Shown: one piece after another, positions 57,035 to 64,000 of the stretch
How the letters are laid out: each line of letters begins with the position of its first letter
Numbering within the stretch: position 1 is the first letter of the stretch
Origin: an uncultured delta proteobacterium
Lineage (GTDB): Bacteria > Myxococcota > Myxococcia > Myxococcales > Myxococcaceae
NCBI GenBank assembly: GCA_963713045.1
Contig: CAVQKE010000004.1
Coordinates: 384,001 to 448,000, forward strand
Length of the DNA: 64,000 nucleotides
Direction: 5' to 3'
Notes under the pieces: generated by a model
What the model saw: only the letters and a program-made list of their open reading frames with translations
Databases searched by the model: none
Told to the model about the DNA's origin: nothing
Translations under genes and position numbers: made by a program

Positions 57035-57841
57035 ATGGGAATGAGAACCGTGGTTCCGGCGGTGCTTCTCAGCCTGGCGGTTTGGCCCTTCGCCGCCCGG
57101 GCGGCCGGTCCAGACGCCGGGCCGCAGGACGTCGAACAGCAGCTGGGCGAGGCAGTCTTCCAGCAGCTGAAGGCCAAGGGCGAAATCATCGCCACCTCCC
57201 CGCTGTACGAAGTGCTGAAGCCCTTCGCGGCCAGCATTACCGCCGCCGCGCAACCCCGCTATGAACATCCGTTTCATTTTTACCTGGTGCACGAGAAGCA
57301 GCCCAACGCCTTCGCCACGCCCGGCGGGAACGTCTACGTGACGGACAGCCTGATGTACTTCGCGAAGAACGCCGAGGAGCTGGCCGGGACGCTGTGTCAC
57401 GAGGTTTCCCACACCATTCACCACGACACCGTGGAATTGATGGAGAAGCGGGAGAAAATCGTCCTGCGGGAGTTGGCGGCGGGCGTCCTGCTCGGGCCGG
57501 GGGTGCTCCACGCCCTGACCATTGCCTTGGTCGGGAAGCTGAACTCCCTCGGCTATTCACGCGAGGTGGAATCCCGCGCGGACATCACCGGCTCCGACAT
57601 CTGCGCCAGTGCCGGCTCCAACCCATGGGGGCTGGTGTGGCTCTTCGAGGACTTCAAGAATGCGAGCCTGGGAACGACGCCGGAGCTGCTGTCTGACCAT
57701 CCCAACGACCAACACCGCGTGCAGGCGCTGAAGCTGCACTTCCAGCAGAACCCGGCCGTCTTCGGGAAATTCAACTCCAACCAAGCGTCGGCCACTCCTC
57801 TGAAGGTGCCCCCACATTCGGACGAAACCTTCATTCAGTGA
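57035..57841 (+). CDS. M48 family zinc metallopeptidase (BepA/YfgC-like catalytic domain)
   Basis: Signal peptide; PNAFATPGG, HEVSH, YSREVESRAD, LSDHP. Confidence 0.92.
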   Translation: MGMRTVVPAVLLSLAVWPFAARAAGPDAGPQDVEQQLGEAVFQQLKAKGEIIATSPLYEVLKPFAASITAAAQPRYEHPFHFYLVHEKQPNAFATPGGNVYVTDSLMYFAKNAEELAGTLCHEVSHTIHHDTVELMEKREKIVLRELAAGVLLGPGVLHALTIALVGKLNSLGYSREVESRADITGSDICASAGSNPWGLVWLFEDFKNASLGTTPELLSDHPNDQHRVQALKLHFQQNPAVFGKFNSNQASATPLKVPPHSDETFIQ

Positions 57842-57914
57842 AGGGGCACTGACACCGGGGAGAGCGGTGACTCATGTCACCCGCCGGGGGGGCTGCCCCC
57901 GTTTGGCGGCGGCG

Positions 57915-59609
57915 CTAGTCCGGCCGCTTCGGCAGAAAGCGCCTGAGTCGCAACTTCCCGAAGCGGTTTCCGAAGAGGTACCAGGTGAAGGCGGCACCGA
58001 AGAGTGCTGCAGCAGCCGCCACCCCCAGCACCCCCAACACCGGCAACCCGCGGACCTTCCAGGGCACCTGGGCGAAGGACAGGAAGGCGCCCACGATGAA
58101 GCCACAGGCACACAGCCCGAGAAAGCCAATCACCGCAACGCTGCGGAGGCTGTCGTTGATTTTTTCAAGCTCTGGACTTTTGACCGCCACGCCGAAGCGG
58201 CCCTTCTCGAGGTCCAAAAGAATTTGCGATAGCTGAGTGGGCAGCTCGCTCGCCAGCCCCTGGAAGCGAAGCAGCGTCCGCATCAGGCCGCCCCGCAGCT
58301 GCGCCGGGTCATACCGCTCGGCCAGCAGCTGCTTGGCGTAGGGCAAGGAGACGGCGAGGATGTCGAGGTCCGGCGCCAGCTGCCGCAACAGCCCTTCCAC
58401 CGCGACCGCCGCGCGCGACAGCAACGCATATTCCCGCGGAATGCGGATGCGGTACTTCACCGCAAGGTCCAACAAGTCGGTCAGCAAGTGACGGGCGTCC
58501 ACTTCGGCCAGGGTGCGCGCCGTGGGCAGGTGGGTCTGGAGCAGCGTCTCGACGTCCGCCCGAAAGCCCACCAGGTTGGCCCGAGAGTCCGGAGCCCCCA
58601 TCCGGTACAGCAGCCGGGCGACGGAGTCGGCGTCCTTCAGCGCGACCGCCACGCTGAGCAGCACCAGCGTCTCCTGCATCGCCCGGGTGAGACGGCCGAC
58701 CAGGCCGAAGTCGAGGAGGCCCACCACGTCCCCTGGCAGCAGAAGAAAGTTGCCCGGGTGCGGGTCGGCATGGAAGAGGCCGTCGACGAAGAGTTGCTGG
58801 AAGCTGGCGTCCACCACCACCCGGGCCAGTGCTGAGCGTCGCTCGGGGCTTAAGTCCGCCTGCACCAGTCGGGTGCCCTCGAGGAATTCCAAGGTGAGGA
58901 CGGTGGAGGTGGTGAGCTCGTCCAAGACGCGCGGGATGCGCAGCGCCGGTCGGCCGGCGTGGGTCGCAGCGAAGGACCGAACGTTGGCCGCCTCGTGGAT
59001 GAAGTCCAACTCCTCGTGAATGGCGCGGTCGAATTCCTCCACCAGTCCTACCGGCGAGGAAATGCCCGTCTCCTCGACGGTGGCCTCCAACAGGCGCGCC
59101 AACGCCCGCAGCACCGCCAAGTCCGCATTCACCTGCGCGGTGATGCCCGGACGCTGCACCTTCACCACCACTTCCTCGCCGGCGCGCGTCCTGGCGCGGT
59201 GCACCTGGGCGATGCTGGCCGCAGCCAGCGGGACGGGCTCGACCGAGGCGAAAAGTTCCTCCACCGGCTGCCCGAAGGCCGCCTCCAGCTGGGCGTGCAC
59301 CTGCTCCAGCGCAATGGGCGAAGCCGAGTCCTGAAGCAGCCGCAACTCGGCAATGAATTCCGCTGGAAGGAGGTCCGCCCGGGTGGAGAGGATTTGGCCC
59401 AGCTTCACGAAGGTGGGCCCCAACTCATCCAATAGCCGGCGGAAGCGACGCGCGGTGGACTCCGCCTGGGTGTCCGCCAGCCGCTCCACTTGCCCCGACG
59501 GGCGGCCGAAGCGACGGAAGAAGCCAGCGCGCTCCAGCAAGTCGGCAAAGCCGTAGCGCGCGGCGGTGGTGGCAATTTGGCGCAGCCGGTTGAGGTCGGT
59601 CAGCTTCAC
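57915..59609 (-). CDS. ABC1/AarF/UbiB family atypical kinase
   Basis: LGPTFVKLGQILSTR.DLLP, AASIAQVH, VVKVQRP, FHADPHPGN, LDFG; two C-terminal TMs. Confidence 0.95.
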   Translation of the reverse strand: MKLTDLNRLRQIATTAARYGFADLLERAGFFRRFGRPSGQVERLADTQAESTARRFRRLLDELGPTFVKLGQILSTRADLLPAEFIAELRLLQDSASPIALEQVHAQLEAAFGQPVEELFASVEPVPLAAASIAQVHRARTRAGEEVVVKVQRPGITAQVNADLAVLRALARLLEATVEETGISSPVGLVEEFDRAIHEELDFIHEAANVRSFAATHAGRPALRIPRVLDELTTSTVLTLEFLEGTRLVQADLSPERRSALARVVVDASFQQLFVDGLFHADPHPGNFLLLPGDVVGLLDFGLVGRLTRAMQETLVLLSVAVALKDADSVARLLYRMGAPDSRANLVGFRADVETLLQTHLPTARTLAEVDARHLLTDLLDLAVKYRIRIPREYALLSRAAVAVEGLLRQLAPDLDILAVSLPYAKQLLAERYDPAQLRGGLMRTLLRFQGLASELPTQLSQILLDLEKGRFGVAVKSPELEKINDSLRSVAVIGFLGLCACGFIVGAFLSFAQVPWKVRGLPVLGVLGVAAAAALFGAAFTWYLFGNRFGKLRLRRFLPKRPD

Positions 59610-60400
59610 CGGGGCTCCTCAGGCGCCCAGGCCGAAGCGTTGAGGCGGACATAGTCCAGGACAAAGGCCGGCTCGTCCCGGGCCGCTGCCTCCACCAGCG
59701 CGGCAGTAAAGGCCTGCGCCTGCTCCGCCGAGAGGCGTTCCAGAAAGGGACGCAGGTTGACGCTGCCGATGAAGTCGGCAAAGGCCGCGGCGTCGGCAAA
59801 GGGCGTTGGACGCGGTTCGAGCCAGCTCCGCACGCGGGTCCAGCCGGCGGCGCGAAGCTGGGCCTCCGTTTCCTCGGCAGTGGCCAAGCACCAGGGCGCC
59901 TTCCACTCTCGAAAGGCGTCGGCGTAGGGGCTTGAAGCCGCCAGGGCGCTGGCCCGCGCGTGGAGCCGCTGAAGGTTGCCCGCACCCCCGCATTGAAATT
60001 CAAGCTGCCCTCCGGGACGGATGACGGCACGCAGGGCGCGGTAGGTGGCCGGATGGTCGAGCACCCAGTGCAGCGTCGCCGTGCTGAGGATGGCGTCGAC
60101 TGGCCCCAGTGCGGGAAGAACGGGCAGGCTCGCCTGGAGGAGTTGCACCCGGCTTCCCAAGTCCGAAAGCTGCTGCCCGGCCACCCGCAGCATGTCCGCG
60201 GAGGCGTCCAAGGCGATGATGTGCCCGCGCGGTAGGCGCTCGGCCAGAATGCGGCTGAGTTTGCCCGTGCCGCAGCCGGCGTCGAGGACCGTCTCGTCCC
60301 CCGCCAGTTGAAGGCGCTCCACCACCTCGCGTCCCCAGGCCGTTTGCGGCGCCGAGACACGGTGGTAGGCGGAGGCATTCCAGTCGGGGCAGCTGTCCAC
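59606..60400 (-). CDS. Class I SAM-dependent methyltransferase (trans-aconitate methyltransferase-like)
   Basis: WNASAYHRVS.PQ, VLDAGCGTG, STATLHWV.DH, LDYVRLN. GTG 60400 with AAGGA upstream (track start 60436). Confidence 0.9.
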   Translation of the reverse strand: MDSCPDWNASAYHRVSAPQTAWGREVVERLQLAGDETVLDAGCGTGKLSRILAERLPRGHIIALDASADMLRVAGQQLSDLGSRVQLLQASLPVLPALGPVDAILSTATLHWVLDHPATYRALRAVIRPGGQLEFQCGGAGNLQRLHARASALAASSPYADAFREWKAPWCLATAEETEAQLRAAGWTRVRSWLEPRPTPFADAAAFADFIGSVNLRPFLERLSAEQAQAFTAALVEAAARDEPAFVLDYVRLNASAWAPEEPR

Positions 60401-60642
60401 GGGCAAGTCCTTCCCCCCGTCGTCCGACGGAGGCAACTCCAGCTACCACGACGGCTTGCCCAGGCGCGACGCCGGGGTGCCCCCAACGGCAGACGGGCTG
60501 TCAGCACCTTCTGCTAGCCAACCACCCCAGCAAGGGTTGGGTGCCGGGGACGCAGAGGCCCCGGAGAAGGGCAGCCACAGACACCCCGGAGGGGGGGACC
60601 CCTTTGGGGAAAACCCGCTTGGGAAAAGGCGAGAGGCAAGGC

Positions 60643-63306
60643 GTGGCAGAGGCTGCAGTGGTTCCCCTGGCGCAAGGGCCGTTGGCCGAACGCAGCGGCG
60701 CGCCAGCGGACACGCCGATGATGCGGCAGTACCTGGAGATGAAGGCGCGGGCCCCGGACGCCTTCCTCTTCTTCCGCCTGGGCGACTTTTACGAAATGTT
60801 TTTTGACGACGCGGTGCGGGCCGCGGAGCTGCTGCAAATTACCCTCACCGCCCGAAGCAAAGGGCCAGAACGCGTGCCGATGTGCGGCGTCCCCTTCCAC
60901 GCCGTTCGGCGACACCTGGCCAAGCTGTTGGAGGCCGGCCACAAGGTGGCCATTTGCGAGCAGGTGGAGACGCCCGGGACGTCGCCCGGCCTGGTCCGCC
61001 GCGACGTCGTGCGCCTGGTGACGCCGGGGATGGTGCTGGACGAGGACGTCCTCGAAGCTTCGACGCCCAACTGGCTCGCGGCAGTGGCGCTGGACAAGGG
61101 GCGCTGGGGGGCGGCGCTGTTGGACGCCTCCACCGGCGACTTCTGCGCCGCAGAAGCAGACCAGCAGAGCGAAGTCCTCGAATGGCTGTCCGCGGCTTCC
61201 CCGCGAGAGGTGCTGGTGTCCGAAGGCGGGCCGGCCGAGGTGCTGGAAGCACTGGGTCGAAGCCTGCCGGCGGTTCCCGTGTCCACCGTGGGCGCAGACG
61301 GCTTTCACCCGGCGCGGGCGGCGGCTTTTCTCCGGGCCCATTTCCAGGTTGCAGCCTTGGATGGGTTTGGGCTGGCAACTGCGCCCGCAGCCACCGCGGC
61401 CGCCGGCGCGGCGCTGCGCTACCTCAAAGAAACGCAGCGCACCGAAGGGGCCCACGTCACCGCGCTGCGACTGCAACCCTTGGCGGCGGTGCTGGTGCTC
61501 GACGCCGTCACCCGGGCCAACCTGGAATTGGTGCGGACGCTGCGGGACGGTGGCCGCAAAGGCTCTCTACTGGGCGTCCTCGACAAGACGGTGACGCCGC
61601 TCGGCGCCAGGAAGTTGGGGGTTTGGCTGTTGGCACCACTGCGCAGCCTTCCGGAGATTGAGCGGCGACTGGACGCCGTGGAGGAGCTGTCGGGAAAGCA
61701 CGTTTGGCGCGAGGTGTGGACCGGACTGTTGCGCCAGGTGCGTGACGTCGAGCGGCTGTGCGGCCGGCTGGCCGTCGGAGTTGGTAACGCGCGCGACCTG
61801 GCCGCCCTCAGCCTGTCCTTGTCGGTGCTTCCCGAGCTTGCTCGGGCCGTTGGCCAATGCGAGGCGTCATTGCTTTCGGCCGTGGCCGCGCCCTTGGGGG
61901 CGCACGCCGAGCTGGCAGGGCTTCTGGCACGCGCGGTCGCCGAGGAGCCTCCCGCCACCCTCGACGAGGGAGGCCTCTTCCGTCCCGGGTATTCGGCCGA
62001 ATTGGATGCGCTCTTGGCACTCAGCACCGACGGCAAAAGCACCCTCGCCCAATTGGAACAGCGCGAGCGCGCGCGCACCGGCATCCAAAGCCTGAAAGTT
62101 CGCTACAACCGTGTCTTCGGCTACTTCCTGGAGGTGACCCGGGCCAACCTCCACCTGGTCCCGGAGGACTGGGAACGGCGGCAAACCATGGTGGGGGCCG
62201 AGCGCTTCGTCACCAGCGAACTCAAGACGTGGGAGGAGCAGGTCCTCACCGCCGAGGAGCGGCGCTGCACTTTGGAGCGGCGTCTCTTCGAGGAACTCCG
62301 AGCGCGCGTTCTGGCGGAGCTTCCGACACTGAAAGCCACCGCTGAGGCCCTTGGCACCCTGGACGCGCTGCTCTCCTTCGCCAAGGCCGCGGCCGAATAT
62401 GGCTACAGCCGCCCGCAGCTGGACACTTCGGGCACCTTGGAGATTGTGGGCGGCCGCCATCCAGTGGTGGAGCGCCTCCTGCGGAGCGAGCCCTTCGTCC
62501 CCAACGACGTGCACCTCGGCTGCGACTCGACCCAGCTGCTGATTCTCACCGGGCCCAACATGGCCGGCAAAAGCACCGTCATGCGCCAGGTGGCGCTCAT
62601 CACAGTGCTGGCGCAGGCCGGTAGCTTCGTCCCGGCGGCGCGGGCGCGCATTGGCCTGGTGGACCGCATTTTCACCCGCGTCGGCGCTTCGGACAACGTC
62701 GCCGGGGGGCAGAGCACCTTCATGGTGGAAATGGCGGAGACGGCCTCCATCCTCCACCACGCCAGCCGCGACAGCCTGGTGGTGCTGGACGAGATTGGCC
62801 GCGGCACCTCCACCTACGACGGGCTGTCCATCGCCTGGGCTGTGGCCGAGCACCTCCACGACCGCATCGGCTGCCGCACCCTGTTCGCAACGCACTACCA
62901 CGAGTTGACGGACCTCACCCTGGAGAAGCCCCGGGTGAGGAACGCCTCGATGGGCGTGCAGGAAATGGCGGGCCGGGTGGTGTTTCTGCGGACGCTGGTC
63001 GACGGGGGCTCAAGCCGCTCCTACGGCATTGAGGTGGCGCGGCTGGCCGGGCTGCCAGCCCCGGTGGTGCGCCGGGCACGCGAGGTGCTGGGCAACCTGG
63101 AGGCGGGCGAGCTGGACGCCGCTGGACACCCCCGCGCCGCGCACCGGGGCGCTCCCGCCCAGGAACAGCTGGCCCTCGGGCTGCCGCCGGCCGGTTCCGC
63201 CGCATCCCAAGTGCTGGCGGCCCTGGCGGCGCTTCGCCTTGAGGCGCTGACTCCGTTGCAGGCCCTCAACCTGTTGGCCGAGCTGCAGGCCCAAGCGAAG
63301 CAGTAA
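60643..63306 (+). CDS. mutS: DNA mismatch repair protein MutS
   Basis: TPMMRQY, GDFYEMF, TGPNMAGKST, STFMVEM, DEIGRGTST, FATHYHEL, SYGIEVA; C-terminal QLAL clamp-like motif. Start uncertain. Confidence 0.98.
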   Translation: MAEAAVVPLAQGPLAERSGAPADTPMMRQYLEMKARAPDAFLFFRLGDFYEMFFDDAVRAAELLQITLTARSKGPERVPMCGVPFHAVRRHLAKLLEAGHKVAICEQVETPGTSPGLVRRDVVRLVTPGMVLDEDVLEASTPNWLAAVALDKGRWGAALLDASTGDFCAAEADQQSEVLEWLSAASPREVLVSEGGPAEVLEALGRSLPAVPVSTVGADGFHPARAAAFLRAHFQVAALDGFGLATAPAATAAAGAALRYLKETQRTEGAHVTALRLQPLAAVLVLDAVTRANLELVRTLRDGGRKGSLLGVLDKTVTPLGARKLGVWLLAPLRSLPEIERRLDAVEELSGKHVWREVWTGLLRQVRDVERLCGRLAVGVGNARDLAALSLSLSVLPELARAVGQCEASLLSAVAAPLGAHAELAGLLARAVAEEPPATLDEGGLFRPGYSAELDALLALSTDGKSTLAQLEQRERARTGIQSLKVRYNRVFGYFLEVTRANLHLVPEDWERRQTMVGAERFVTSELKTWEEQVLTAEERRCTLERRLFEELRARVLAELPTLKATAEALGTLDALLSFAKAAAEYGYSRPQLDTSGTLEIVGGRHPVVERLLRSEPFVPNDVHLGCDSTQLLILTGPNMAGKSTVMRQVALITVLAQAGSFVPAARARIGLVDRIFTRVGASDNVAGGQSTFMVEMAETASILHHASRDSLVVLDEIGRGTSTYDGLSIAWAVAEHLHDRIGCRTLFATHYHELTDLTLEKPRVRNASMGVQEMAGRVVFLRTLVDGGSSRSYGIEVARLAGLPAPVVRRAREVLGNLEAGELDAAGHPRAAHRGAPAQEQLALGLPPAGSAASQVLAALAALRLEALTPLQALNLLAELQAQAKQ

Positions 63307-63347
63307 CGACGGCTGAAAAATTGCCGCGCCCCGGTGCGGGTGGTGAC

Positions 63348-64000
63348 ATGCCTGTGGCTCCTGCCCCCACCGTGTCGCGCCCCTTCGCCCTCGCCTTGGC
63401 CGTCCTCCTCGCGCTACCCGTCCAAGCGGCGGGTACGACTGCGGACGCGTCCGAAGTGGCCTACCAGCAGGCCCGGCATTTTTACTACGTCCTGAAGGGG
63501 GACGCCGGGCGGCGCCGCTACCGCGACAGCTGGCTAGGGGTGGCCCACAAATTCGAAGCGGTGGCGCAGAAGTACCCAACCAGTGCGCGCGCCCCAGACG
63601 CCCTCTTCACCGCGGCTGGGCTGTTGGCAGAGTTGAGCCGCATCAGCCAGGTGGCGGAGGACTTGAATGGGGCGGCCGAGGACTACCGCAAGCTGCTCGA
63701 GCACCACCCGAAAAACCGCCTCGCCGACGACTCGGCCCTGGCGTTGGCGCGGCTGCAGCTGGAGCGCCTCGGTCAACCGGACGCGGCCCGCGCCACACTG
63801 CAGCACGCCCTTGAGGCGCTACCCAAGGGCGACCAATACGCCAACCTCAAGGCGCTCCTCGCCTCTCTGCCAGCGGAGAGTCCCAAAAAGGCCGCGGCAC
63901 CGGTGGTGCGCCGACCGGCGCCCAAGGCGGTGCGAGACTTCCCCGCGTTAAGCAAACCGGCTCCGGCCGGACCGCCACCGGCGGCCGAGGCCGAGGCCCC
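63348..64000 (+). CDS. Exported TPR-domain protein, probably the N-terminus of an N-acetylmuramoyl-L-alanine amidase (runs off window; absent from ORF track)
   Basis: Open frame from ATG 63348: signal peptide FALALAVLLALPVQA, then RRRYRDSW...KYPTSARAPDALF...HPKNRLADDSAL TPR helices and a Pro-rich linker. The amidase call is an inference from the deltaproteobacterial architecture; no catalytic domain is visible. Confidence 0.7.
   Translation, partial: MPVAPAPTVSRPFALALAVLLALPVQAAGTTADASEVAYQQARHFYYVLKGDAGRRRYRDSWLGVAHKFEAVAQKYPTSARAPDALFTAAGLLAELSRISQVAEDLNGAAEDYRKLLEHHPKNRLADDSALALARLQLERLGQPDAARATLQHALEALPKGDQYANLKALLASLPAESPKKAAAPVVRRPAPKAVRDFPALSKPAPAGPPPAAEAEA

Noticed and set aside
60546..60564. 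c-di-GMP-I riboswitch (GGGACGCAGAGGCCCCGG resembles GGGACGCAAAGCCUCCGG)
   Set aside because: The upstream GCAAAC/GNRA stem and downstream tetraloop receptor are not recognisable; kept only as a generic structured-RNA candidate.

Overview
High-GC chromosomal window that looks like a Myxococcota (Myxococcales-like) genome. The best evidence is a LonD/BsgA-type Lon N-terminus, myxobacterial-type LexA boxes and many lipoprotein, TPR and kinase genes. It opens with the end of the spc/alpha ribosomal region (secY-adk-map-infA-rpmJ-rpsM-rpsK-rpsD-rpoA-rplQ). rpsM, rpsK and rpsD carry 7 single-base indels that look like local consensus errors. Next come lipid and envelope genes, a DciA-like gene, a divergent mutL, a Ser/Thr kinase-TPR-FHA/GAF sigma54 activator-lipoprotein operon and lon. 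An imuA-imuB / dnaE2 mutagenesis cassette is split in two, each half with its own LexA-like box, and the gap holds an atypical LuxR regulator plus an HtrA pseudoprotease/protease pair. The window ends with a two-subunit amino-acid oxidase-like system next to a divergent aldehyde dehydrogenase, an ECF sigma/anti-sigma/STN-beta-helix membrane protein operon, truD, an FHA-GAF adenylate cyclase, mutS and the start of a TPR-bearing exported protein (probable amidase). I saw no tRNA, rRNA, CRISPR, IS or prophage. The most novel-looking signals are a D-[AG]-G tripeptide enriched in exported proteins, the ECF/STN module, the possibly SOS-linked pseudoprotease module, a small 4-Cys protein with a structured leader and several structured intergenic RNAs. 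All calls come from reading motifs by eye; no searches were run.
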